DNA of 32,000 nt. It comes from Paracoccus suum. Its GTDB lineage: Bacteria > Pseudomonadota > Alphaproteobacteria > Rhodobacterales > Rhodobacteraceae. Below are positions 24,289 to 32,000 of the stretch, piece after piece. Where the stretch lies: assembly GCF_003324675.1 (NCBI RefSeq), contig NZ_CP030918.1, positions 2,760,001 to 2,792,000 of the forward strand, written 5' to 3'. The position numbers and the translations under genes are program-made. The stretch's first letter is position 1, and each line of letters begins with the position of its first letter. The notes beneath the pieces are model-generated. The model saw only the letters and a list, made by a program, of their open reading frames with translations. It was not told the DNA's origin and ran no database searches.

Positions 24289-25233
24289 ATGAGCCAGACC
24301 CCCTGCAGCCGATGCGCCCCGGCGATGGTCGGGCCGACCGTGCCCGCGGCGGCAGCCCCCCTGCCCGCGCCCGACCCCGTCCAGCACCATGACGTCGCCG
24401 TCCCCGCGGGCACGTTCCGCATGGGCGATGCCTTCGGCGAAGGCTATCCCGCCGACGGGGAGGGTCCGGTCCATGCCGTCACCCTGCCCGCCTTTCGCAT
24501 CGATGCCGAAGCCGTGTCCGTCGCCCGCTTCGCGGCCTTCGTCGAGACGACCGGCTACCTGACCGAGGCTGAACGCCACGGCTCCTCGGCCGTGTTCCAC
24601 CTCGCCGTGCAGGCCGCGCGCAAGGATGTCGTCGGCTCCTTCGGCATGCCTTGGTGGCTGGCCGTGCGCGGCGCCGACTGGCGGCATCCGTTCGGTCCGC
24701 TGTCGGGGATCGACGGTGCGATGGATCATCCTGTCGTCCATGTCAGCCACAACGACGCGCTCGCCTATTGCATCTGGGCCAGGCGCGGACTGCCGACCGA
24801 GGCGCAATGGGAATATGCAGCGCGCGGCGGGTTGGCCGGGCAGCGCTACCCCTGGGGCAATGAGCTCACACCGGACGGCACGCACCAAGCGAATCTCTGG
24901 CAGGGCGTCTTTCCGACCTGGAACTCGGGCGATGACGGATCGCTCGCGACTGCGCCCGCGCGCAGCTTTGAGCCCAACGGCTTCGGCCTCTACCAGCCGG
25001 CGGGAAACGTCTGGGAATGGTGCGCCGACTGGTTCGATCCGGGCTACTACGCAGTCTCGCCTGCAGTCTCTCCGCCGGGCCCCGAGACAGGGACAGAGCG
25101 TGTCATGCGCGGCGGCTCGTACCTCTGCCACGCCTCGTACTGCAATCGCTACCGAGTCGCGGCGAGGACAGGCAACGCGCCAAATTCCTCTTGCGGAAAC
25201 ATTGGCTTCCGAACGGTGGGGCTGCCCGGTTGA
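24289..25233 (+). CDS. Formylglycine-generating enzyme (FGE/SUMF1 family)
   Basis: VPAGTFRMGD, HPVVHVSHNDALAYC, WEWCADW and the catalytic Cys pair in RGGSYLCHASYCNRYR (Cys codons 25126-25128 and 25141-25143). There is no convincing signal peptide. Confidence 0.85.
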   Translation: MSQTPCSRCAPAMVGPTVPAAAAPLPAPDPVQHHDVAVPAGTFRMGDAFGEGYPADGEGPVHAVTLPAFRIDAEAVSVARFAAFVETTGYLTEAERHGSSAVFHLAVQAARKDVVGSFGMPWWLAVRGADWRHPFGPLSGIDGAMDHPVVHVSHNDALAYCIWARRGLPTEAQWEYAARGGLAGQRYPWGNELTPDGTHQANLWQGVFPTWNSGDDGSLATAPARSFEPNGFGLYQPAGNVWEWCADWFDPGYYAVSPAVSPPGPETGTERVMRGGSYLCHASYCNRYRVAARTGNAPNSSCGNIGFRTVGLPG

Positions 25234-25285
25234 TCATCTTGATAAAGGCTCTGGCGCGGAACATCAGTCCTACCCGAAGGCAAAT

Positions 25286-25301
25286 GTCATAACCTATTGA
25301 C
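25286..25301. promoter_or_regulatory. Weak inverted repeat GTCA-N8-TGAC upstream of the sulfatase-locus SBP gene (candidate HutC/GntR operator)
   Basis: GTCATAACCTATTGAC has 5 of 8 palindromic pairs. It lies in the relatively AT-rich gap between the FGE and SBP genes, 57-72 bp upstream of ATG 25358. Speculative. Confidence 0.2.
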
Positions 25302-25357
25302 CGACTCAAAAGGAAATGCCTGACTGCACCCGTCTCGCCCTGGGGAGGACGGCTCTG

Positions 25358-26740
25358 ATGGACAGCAGAAATTTCAATCGACGCCACGTTCTGGCCGGCA
25401 TCGCCGGATCGACCGCGCTTCTGGCGCTTGGACCCCGCGCCGCCCGCGCGCAGCAGGCCGATCTTTCGGCCTATCAGTCGGCCAAGATCGATTGGCGCCA
25501 AGCCGAGGGCCAGGCGATCACCGTGGCCGTCATTCCGGCCGCATATTTCGAGAACCTGATCAGCCTCGCGCCGCAGTTCGAGGCGCTGACCGGCATCACG
25601 CTGCGTTTCGAAAAGGTGCCACCGGCGCAGATCCGGCAAAAGGCCGTGCTGGACCTGACCTCGGGCAGCGGCACCTATGCGACCCACGCCGCAGACCCGA
25701 TGTATTATCCGCTCTATCAGGCGAACGGCTGGGTCGATCCACTGGATACCTATCTCGAGGATGCGACGCTGACTGACAAGGCCTGGTTCAAGCCCGAGGA
25801 TATCGTGCCGGCCTGGACCGCTGCCAACACCATCGAAGGCAAGCTGTATGGCATCCCCTATGATGGCGAGGTCACGCTGCAGGTACTTCGCAAAGACCTG
25901 TACGAGGCCAAAGGGCTTAAGCCGGCCGAGGATCTGGACGGCTTCATCGCCAACGCTGCGGCGCTGCATGATCCCGGCAATCGCGTCTGGGGAACGGCGT
26001 TGCGCGGGCTGCCGGGCGCGGGCCAGAACGTCTATATCTACTCGTCAATTTTTCGCGCCTTCGGCGGCGACTGGCTGCCCGCCGGCCAGCTGACCGTCAA
26101 CGGCCCGGAGGCCGAGGCGGCCCTCGCCTGGTACGTCAAGACGATGAAGGACTACGCCCCCGCCGCCGCCCAGCAGTGGAACTGGCCCGACATCGCAGAT
26201 GCTTTCTCGCAAGGAACACTGGCCAGCTATATCGATGCCCATTCCTCGGCCTCGGTCATCAACAACACCGAGAAATCCACCGTCATCGGCAAGATCGCCT
26301 ATGCCCGCTGGCCCAAGGGACCCTCCGGCAAGCGCGTCAGCTCGATCTGGAACTGGGGCTTTCCGATCAACGCCGCCCTGCCGGACGCTGGGAAAAAGGC
26401 CACTTGGCTCTTCATTCAGTGGGCGGCCAGCACGCCGACGCAGATCGCCACCTCGTATGGTTTCAATGGACCCGCAAAACGGTCCGGCGTGAACCGCCTG
26501 TCGCTGTGGGAGGACCCGGCCTATGTCGAGACCGTCTCGGCCTTCGGTGACAACTTCGTCGAGGCGACACTGACCGCGCTGCGCGAGGATACGGACGTCG
26601 ACTGGCGCCCGCGCGTGCCGCAGTGGCCGGCAGTCGGCGATATGGTGGCGACCGCCATTGCCGCGGCGCTCGCCGGTCAGGCAACCCCCAAGGCAGCGCT
26701 CGACGCCGCGCAGACACAGATCGCCGCCCTCGGCAAATGA
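25358..26740 (+). CDS. CUT1-type (SBP family 1) sugar ABC transporter substrate-binding protein with Tat-like signal
   Basis: ATG 25358 is preceded by GGGGAGGA (25342-25349). Twin-arginine signal MDSRNFNRRHVLAGIAGSTALLALGPRAARA. About 460 aa with a family-1 SBP pattern. The track start is 25316. Confidence 0.8.
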   Translation: MDSRNFNRRHVLAGIAGSTALLALGPRAARAQQADLSAYQSAKIDWRQAEGQAITVAVIPAAYFENLISLAPQFEALTGITLRFEKVPPAQIRQKAVLDLTSGSGTYATHAADPMYYPLYQANGWVDPLDTYLEDATLTDKAWFKPEDIVPAWTAANTIEGKLYGIPYDGEVTLQVLRKDLYEAKGLKPAEDLDGFIANAAALHDPGNRVWGTALRGLPGAGQNVYIYSSIFRAFGGDWLPAGQLTVNGPEAEAALAWYVKTMKDYAPAAAQQWNWPDIADAFSQGTLASYIDAHSSASVINNTEKSTVIGKIAYARWPKGPSGKRVSSIWNWGFPINAALPDAGKKATWLFIQWAASTPTQIATSYGFNGPAKRSGVNRLSLWEDPAYVETVSAFGDNFVEATLTALREDTDVDWRPRVPQWPAVGDMVATAIAAALAGQATPKAALDAAQTQIAALGK

Positions 26741-27669
26741 GCTTGCAGGCCGATGATACCCGCTGGCGGCCCCCGCCCGGGGCCGCCGGTCGCAACCGGC
26801 GGCGCCTCACAGGCGAGCGAAAGTTTGCCAGCATCCTTCTGGCGCCCGCCTTTCTGGTGCTGATCGCCACGACGACAATTCCCCTGCTGCTGCTGATCTA
26901 TGTCAGCATGCAACGGATGGACCTTTCGATGCCGTTCATGAACGGCTTTACCGGCACGGCCAATTACGCCGCCCTCTGGGTCGACCCGCGCTTCTGGCAA
27001 TCGCTGGCGGCCAGCCTGATCTACACCCTCTCGACCGTCGTTCTGCAACTGCTGCTGGGCCTTGCCCTGGCACTTGCCGTCATGGGAATGAAGCGCGGTC
27101 AGACGCTGTTTCGCATCGTCGCGATCCTCCCGGTCGTTCTGTCGCCCGCCGTGGTCGGCATGGTCTGGCGCACCTTCATGCTGGCGCCCGAGTTCGGGGT
27201 GGTGGACTGGCTGTCGGTCACCGCCGGCCTTGGCAGCCACAACTGGCTCGGCGATCCGATACTGGCCATGATCGCGGTGATCGTGATCCACACCTGGCAA
27301 TGGACCCCCTTCGCCTTCATGGTCCTGCTGGCCAGCTTGGCCGGCGTGCCCGACGATCTGCACGAGGCCGCCCGCATCGACCGCGCGAGCGCCTGGCAGC
27401 GGTTCACCCGCATAACCCTGCCGCTGATCCGCCCGGCCATCATCATGGTCCTGATCATGCGCACCATGGTCGCGCTCAGCGCCTTTGCCGCGATCTTTAC
27501 CGTCACCGGCGGCGGCCCCGGCACGGCGACCGAGATCCTTAACCTCTACGCCTATCGCAAGTCCTTTACCGAACTGTCGCTGGGCTACGGCGCGGCGCTG
27601 TCGGTGGCGCTGCTGGCCCTGACGATCGCCGTCGCGGGCCTGCTGTTCCTGCTCAGGCGCGCCCGATGA
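26737..27669 (+). CDS. Sugar ABC transporter permease (MalF-like)
   Basis: ATGA overlap with the SBP stop. 6 TM segments and EAA loop HEAARIDRASAWQRFTRITLPLIRP. The track ORF from 26623 is an upstream read-through. Confidence 0.85.
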   Translation: MSLQADDTRWRPPPGAAGRNRRRLTGERKFASILLAPAFLVLIATTTIPLLLLIYVSMQRMDLSMPFMNGFTGTANYAALWVDPRFWQSLAASLIYTLSTVVLQLLLGLALALAVMGMKRGQTLFRIVAILPVVLSPAVVGMVWRTFMLAPEFGVVDWLSVTAGLGSHNWLGDPILAMIAVIVIHTWQWTPFAFMVLLASLAGVPDDLHEAARIDRASAWQRFTRITLPLIRPAIIMVLIMRTMVALSAFAAIFTVTGGGPGTATEILNLYAYRKSFTELSLGYGAALSVALLALTIAVAGLLFLLRRAR

Positions 27670-28505
27670 ATATGCGCACCCTTCGCCGCATCTTCCTCGG
27701 CCTCGTCGGGTTGGCATTCCTGCTCGCCTGGGTGTTCCCGATCCTGTGGAGCGTGATGAACTCGTTCAAGTCGGAGCGCGACATCCTCGCCTATCCGCCC
27801 AAGTTCATCTTCGAGCCGACGCTCGACGCTTATCGCCAGACGCTGTGGGGGCCACACTCGATCCTGCCGAACCTGTGGAGCAGCGTGGTCATCTCGGTCG
27901 GAACGACGATCCTGACGATGCTGCTGGCGATCCCTGCGGCCTATACGCTCGCGAGGCTGCGCCTGCCGGGCAAGCGCTTCTCGGGGTTCTATATCCTGAC
28001 CACTCAGATGCTGCCGCCGGTCGGGCTGATCATCCCCTATTTCATCGTCCTGCGCGGCATCGGCTGGATCGACAGCTATCAGGGCATCATCCTGATCTAT
28101 CTTACCTTTTCACTGCCCTTCGCGATCTGGCTGATGGTCTCCTACTTCGAGGACATCCCGCTGGAGATGGAGGAGGCTGCGGCCGTTGACGGCGCCAGCC
28201 GCTGGACCACGCTGCGCCGAATCGTCATCCCGCAGGCCAAGGGCGGGATCGCGGTGACGGTGGTGTTCGTGTTCCTGAACGCCTGGAACGAGTTCCTGTT
28301 TGCGGTCGTGCTGTCGGGTAACACCGTCCGGCCCGTCACCATCGCCATGTATAATTTCGTCTCGGTCGAGCAGACGCTCTGGGCGCAGCTTGCCGCGGTA
28401 TCGGTGATCGCCATGCTGCCGGTCGTGATCCTGGGCGTGCTGGCCCAAGGGCACATCGTCAAGGGGCTGACGGTCGGGGCAGTCAAGGGAGGGGGCCGGA
28501 GATGA
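27666..28505 (+). CDS. Sugar ABC transporter permease (MalG-like)
   Basis: ATGA overlap (27666-27669). EAA loop EEAAAVDGASRWTTLRRIVIPQAKG. 279 aa. Confidence 0.85.
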   Translation: MNMRTLRRIFLGLVGLAFLLAWVFPILWSVMNSFKSERDILAYPPKFIFEPTLDAYRQTLWGPHSILPNLWSSVVISVGTTILTMLLAIPAAYTLARLRLPGKRFSGFYILTTQMLPPVGLIIPYFIVLRGIGWIDSYQGIILIYLTFSLPFAIWLMVSYFEDIPLEMEEAAAVDGASRWTTLRRIVIPQAKGGIAVTVVFVFLNAWNEFLFAVVLSGNTVRPVTIAMYNFVSVEQTLWAQLAAVSVIAMLPVVILGVLAQGHIVKGLTVGAVKGGGRR

Positions 28506-29563
28506 GCGGCAACGACGCAGTCCGGTTCGACGGGGTGGTCAAGCGCCACGGGGCCCTCGCCGCGCTCAAGGGTGTCAACTTCAGCATCCAGCCGGGCGAG
28601 TTCTTTGCGCTGCTCGGGCCCTCGGGTTCGGGGAAAAGCACAACCTTGCGGCTTATGGCGGGCCTTGACCAGCCGAGCGAGGGGCGCATCCTGTTCGACG
28701 GCGCCGATGTGACGGCGCGCGAGGCGCAGGATCGCGACGTTGCGATGGTATTTCAGAGCTACGCCCTCTACCCGCACATGACTGTCGGCCAGAACATCGC
28801 CTTTCCGCTGGAAATGGCGAAGGTGCCCAAGGCCCAGATCGTCCCGCAGGTAGCCGAGGCCGCGCGCAAGGTCAGCATCGGGCACCTGCTCGACCGCAAG
28901 CCCGGCCAGTTGTCTGGCGGCCAGCAACAGCGATGCGCCCTCGCCCGCGCGATCGTGCGAAAGGCCAACCTGTTCCTGCTCGACGAGCCGCTGTCGAACC
29001 TCGACGCCAAGCTGCGGCTGGAGACTCGGGCCGAACTGAAAAAGCTGCAGCGCGACCTTGCTGTGACCACGGTCTACGTCACCCACGACCAGGAGGAGGC
29101 GTTGACGCTGGCCGACCGGATGGCCGTGTTCATGGACGGCGAGATCGTCCAGATCGGCACTCCGGCCGAGGTGTTTGCGCGGCCGAACTCGCTGCAAGTC
29201 GCGGGATTCATCGGCTCGCCACCGATGAACCTGATGCGGGCCGCGGTACGCGGCGGGGCCGTGACACTGGCCGGACAGCCCATGCCGGTGAAACTGCCGG
29301 CGCGCGCCGACGGCGAGGTAATCCTCGGCGTGCGGCCTTCGGCCGTCCGGCTGGGTCGCGAGGGCGTGCCGGTCACGGTCGAGCTGGTAGAGAACCTTGG
29401 CGACAGCGCCATTGCCGAGCTGGCCTTTGCCGACGGCACTGCGCGCGCGCGCCTGTCCGATGCCGCCGTCGTCACCGAAGGCCAGCACCTGAGCATGAGT
29501 TTTGCCGCCAAGGACATCCACCTGTTCGATCCCGCGACCGGCGCGCGGGTGGAACCCGAATGA
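28502..29563 (+). CDS. ABC transporter ATP-binding protein, MalK/UgpC type
   Basis: Walker [10 protein letters not shown], signature [15 protein letters not shown], Walker B LFLLDEPLSNLD, plus a C-terminal TOBE-like region. ATGA overlap (28502-28505). Confidence 0.9.
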   Translation: MSGNDAVRFDGVVKRHGALAALKGVNFSIQPGEFFALLGPSGSGKSTTLRLMAGLDQPSEGRILFDGADVTAREAQDRDVAMVFQSYALYPHMTVGQNIAFPLEMAKVPKAQIVPQVAEAARKVSIGHLLDRKPGQLSGGQQQRCALARAIVRKANLFLLDEPLSNLDAKLRLETRAELKKLQRDLAVTTVYVTHDQEEALTLADRMAVFMDGEIVQIGTPAEVFARPNSLQVAGFIGSPPMNLMRAAVRGGAVTLAGQPMPVKLPARADGEVILGVRPSAVRLGREGVPVTVELVENLGDSAIAELAFADGTARARLSDAAVVTEGQHLSMSFAAKDIHLFDPATGARVEPE

Positions 29564-30372
29564 AAGCGTCCGAACCGCAGGACGGCGAGGTCGAGCCGGC
29601 GCGCACCGTCGACGGCATCGACCCGACAAGCAGTGTGCCGCTCCACGTCCAGGTCCGTCGCCTGATCCGTCGGCAAACCCAGGCCGGCATCCTGGTGGAC
29701 GCCGACGGCCGCCTCAAGACCGAGGCGGAACTCGGCGCGATCTTCGGTGTCAGCCGCATCACCATCCGTCACGCCCTGCGGTGGCTGGTCGACGAGGGCC
29801 TGTTTTCCCGCACGCGGGGCCGCGGAACGTTTCTCCGCCCGTCCTACACCGGCAGTTGGGGCGGGCCCCTAATCGGCTTTGTCGAGGCCGGCCAGATGGC
29901 TGGCGTTGATCCGGGCGGCGAGGTGCTACGCCAAGGCATGGTCAGGGCTCCCGACCCACGGATCGTCGACGGTCTTGGCGCGCGCGAGGTCTTTCAACTG
30001 CGCCGCCTGCGCCTTGCCGACGGCGTGACGGTCGGCATCGAGGACGCGTTTTATCCGCCCGAGATCGGGCTGGACCTGCAGCGGCGCGATCTGGGCAGAA
30101 CCGCGATCTATCGCCTCTTCGAGGATGAGATGGGCTTTGTCATCGGTGAGGCGCGCCAGACCATCAGCGCCGTCGGCGCCGATGACGACTATGCCCGCCA
30201 CTTGCAGGTAGGGCCCGGCGATCCGCTGATCTTTGTCGAGCGCCTGACCGCGGATGAGCACGGCCGTCCTCTGGAGCTGCTGCGCGCGCACTTCGTGCCC
30301 CAACGATACCGTCTCTCGATCACGCTCTCGCGCCGCGCTGGACAGAGCACTTCCAACGGAAAGGACAAGTGA
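29560..30372 (+). CDS. GntR family transcriptional regulator, HutC subfamily (wHTH + UTRA)
   Basis: wHTH TEAELGAIFGVSRITIRHALRWLVDEGL, then a UTRA-like effector domain. ATG 29560 overlaps the ATPase TGA (ATGA). The longer track ORF from 28933 is a same-frame read-through antisense-free artefact over the ATPase gene. Confidence 0.8.
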   Translation: MKASEPQDGEVEPARTVDGIDPTSSVPLHVQVRRLIRRQTQAGILVDADGRLKTEAELGAIFGVSRITIRHALRWLVDEGLFSRTRGRGTFLRPSYTGSWGGPLIGFVEAGQMAGVDPGGEVLRQGMVRAPDPRIVDGLGAREVFQLRRLRLADGVTVGIEDAFYPPEIGLDLQRRDLGRTAIYRLFEDEMGFVIGEARQTISAVGADDDYARHLQVGPGDPLIFVERLTADEHGRPLELLRAHFVPQRYRLSITLSRRAGQSTSNGKDK

Positions 30373-31991
30373 TGGCGCCCCAACGGCCTGACATCATCAT
30401 CATCCTCAACGACGACATGGGTTTCTCTGACATCGGCTGCTACGGTGGCGAGGTCGAGACGCCGAACCTCGACCGTCTTGCGCGCGAGGGGCTGCGCTAT
30501 TCCCAGTTCTACAATACCGCCCGCTGCTCGCCCTCGCGCGCCTCGCTGCTGACCGGACTGCATCCGCACCAGACTGGCATCGGCATCCTGACCTATGACA
30601 CGGGACCCGAGGGTTATGCTGGCGATCTGAACCGGCAGTGCGTCACCATGGCTGAGGTGGTCAAGGGCGCTGGGTATCGCACGTACCTGTCGGGCAAATG
30701 GCACGTCGCCAAGAACCTGACCGAGCCGACTGATTCCTGGCCGCTGCAACGCGGCTTTGACGAATTCTACGGCACGATCATCGGGGCCGGCAGCTTCTAC
30801 TATCCGAACACGCTGACCCGCGGAAATGACAACGTCGAGCATGAGGCACGCGACAACCCCGACTTCTTCTACACCGACGCGATCAGCGATCAGGCGGCGG
30901 CCTTTGTGCGCGACCACCATGCGCACACGCCCGACCAGCCGTTGTTCCAATATGTCGCCTACACCGCGCCTCACTGGCCGCTGCATGCACACCCCGAGGA
31001 TATCGCCAAGTATCGCGGCCGCTTTGACGCGGGCTGGGACCAGTTGCGCGAAGAGCGGCTGGAACGCCTCGTGCGTAGCGGGATCATCGACGCCTCCTGG
31101 CAACTGACCGACCGCGATCCGACCCAGCCGCCATGGCAGGACGCCGAGGAAAAGGCCTGGCTGCTGCGCTGCATGGAGGTTTATGCCGCCCAGATAGACC
31201 GCATGGACCAGGGCATCGGCCGCATCCTCGCCGCCCTGGAGGAGACCGGTCGGCTGGAGAATACGCTGGTGCTGTTTCTCGCCGACAACGGTGCCTGCGC
31301 CGAGGATATCCCCGAGGGGGTCGATCTGAGTTCGCTGGTGGACGATCTGATGATCGCCCGCGGCGAGACCCGGGACGGTCGCCCGGTGCGGCTGGGCAAC
31401 GATCCCTCGATCATGCCCGGCCCCGAGGACACCTATCAAAGCTATGGCGTCGCCTGGGCAAACATGTCGAACACCCCCTTTCGCCTCTACAAGCACTGGG
31501 TCCACGAGGGGGGGATCGCGACCCCTCTGATCGCGCATTGGCCCAAGGTCATCACCGATCGCGGCGGCTTGCGCCATGGCGCCGGGCAGTTGCCGGACCT
31601 GATGGCGACCGTGGTCGAGGTCAGCGGCGCGACCTATCCCAGCGAGTTCGCGGGCAACGCTATCCTGCCCCTCGAAGGCAGCAGCCTGGTCCCCAGCTTC
31701 GAGGCCGAGACCCCGCGCGAGGCCCCGCTGTTCTGGGAGCACGAAGGCAATGCCGCGGTCCGCATCGGCAAATGGAAGCTCGTGCGCCGCTTTCCCGGCC
31801 CGTGGGAGTTGTATGACATGGAGGCCGACCGGACCGAGATGCACGACCTTGCAGCCACGCATCCGGACATGGTGGCGGAAATGCGGGCCAGCTACGATGC
31901 GTGGGCCGAGCGCTGCGGCGTCATCCCGCGCGAAGTTATCCTCGAGTCCATGAAGAAGCTGGAAGGCACGGCCTTCTGGGAAAAGGACTGA
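30369..31991 (+). CDS. Cys-type arylsulfatase (AtsA-like sulfatase family), no signal peptide
   Basis: PDIIIILNDDMGFSD starts at residue 7. FGE target motif CSPSR lies at 30525-30539 (CSPSRASLLTG), followed by GKWH and LADNG. About 540 aa, similar in architecture to cytoplasmic P. aeruginosa AtsA. The start is GTG 30369 (GTGA overlap) or ATG 30372. Confidence 0.85.
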   Translation: MMAPQRPDIIIILNDDMGFSDIGCYGGEVETPNLDRLAREGLRYSQFYNTARCSPSRASLLTGLHPHQTGIGILTYDTGPEGYAGDLNRQCVTMAEVVKGAGYRTYLSGKWHVAKNLTEPTDSWPLQRGFDEFYGTIIGAGSFYYPNTLTRGNDNVEHEARDNPDFFYTDAISDQAAAFVRDHHAHTPDQPLFQYVAYTAPHWPLHAHPEDIAKYRGRFDAGWDQLREERLERLVRSGIIDASWQLTDRDPTQPPWQDAEEKAWLLRCMEVYAAQIDRMDQGIGRILAALEETGRLENTLVLFLADNGACAEDIPEGVDLSSLVDDLMIARGETRDGRPVRLGNDPSIMPGPEDTYQSYGVAWANMSNTPFRLYKHWVHEGGIATPLIAHWPKVITDRGGLRHGAGQLPDLMATVVEVSGATYPSEFAGNAILPLEGSSLVPSFEAETPREAPLFWEHEGNAAVRIGKWKLVRRFPGPWELYDMEADRTEMHDLAATHPDMVAEMRASYDAWAERCGVIPREVILESMKKLEGTAFWEKD

Positions 31992-32000
31992 CCGGGGAGG

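Noticed and set aside
28933-29559. Long same-frame upstream extension of the HutC regulator ORF (479-aa track ORF)
   Set aside because: The extension overlaps the MalK-type ATPase gene in another frame and is Arg/Gly-rich. The regulator's wHTH begins shortly after ATG 29560, which forms an ATGA junction with the ATPase stop.
28142-29629. 495-aa minus-strand ORF opposite the MalG-like permease and MalK-like ATPase genes
   Set aside because: It is a shadow ORF antisense to genes with unambiguous Walker and EAA motifs. The sequence is Arg/Gly/Pro-rich with no family resemblance.
30189-31862. 557-aa minus-strand ORF opposite the arylsulfatase gene
   Set aside because: It is antisense to a sulfatase with a full motif set (CSPSR, GKWH, LADNG). 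The composition is junk-like and typical of a GC-rich shadow frame.
1-32000. Search for mobile elements, CRISPR arrays, defence systems, prophage or biosynthetic gene clusters
   Set aside because: I saw no transposase, integrase or recombinase-like ORFs and no terminal inverted repeats. There are no regularly spaced repeats and no nuclease, helicase, methylase or NTPase gene combinations typical of defence islands. There are no NRPS, PKS or RiPP-like genes. The only compositional anomalies are short AT-rich promoter-type gaps (14708-14772, 17401-17600, 19591-19660).

Overview
This is a GC-rich window (about two-thirds G+C by eye, not computed) that is almost fully coding. The gene content looks alphaproteobacterial (Rhodobacterales/Rhizobiales type), which is an inference. 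I support 33 protein genes. I saw no rRNA, tRNA, CRISPR array, IS or transposase, integrase, phage gene, toxin-antitoxin pair or recognisable defence gene. Gene order is as follows. (1) The 3' end of a PQQ quinoprotein dehydrogenase is followed by an SBP / ABC-2 ATPase / ABC-2 permease / second SBP module (PedA1A2BC or MoxJ-like). (2) A convergent M50 (site-2 protease)-like membrane protein has lost its catalytic residues, and a SleB-type cell-wall hydrolase lipoprotein is flanked by two ~430-bp non-coding stretches. (3) A ugpBAE-GDPD-ugpC glycerophosphodiester/G3P uptake operon ends in a translationally coupled RpiR regulator. (4) A minus-strand GntR(FCD)-SBP-permease-ATPase polar amino-acid ABC operon lies divergent from kynureninase-SDR. 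(5) An AiiA/AttM-type MBL lactonase sits head-to-head (41 bp) with a class I/II aminotransferase across the most AT-rich segment of the window, followed by a SAM methyltransferase. (6) A BtuCD/FecBCDE-type ABC importer and a CPA1 cation/proton antiporter follow. (7) A formylglycine-generating enzyme is followed by a tightly coupled CUT1 sugar-type ABC importer, a HutC-type GntR and a signal-less Cys-type arylsulfatase. The window ends 9 bp after the sulfatase stop. No obvious novel defence-like or mobile system is present. The best candidates for undescribed biology are metabolic. They are the import-then-desulfate sulfatase locus, the GntR-controlled orphan kynureninase / amino-acid ABC regulon with the adjacent lactonase-aminotransferase pair, the catalytically dead M50 homologue, and the PQQ-dehydrogenase-associated ABC-2 plus two-SBP module. 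All functional calls rest on motif recognition by eye, since no database search was possible.
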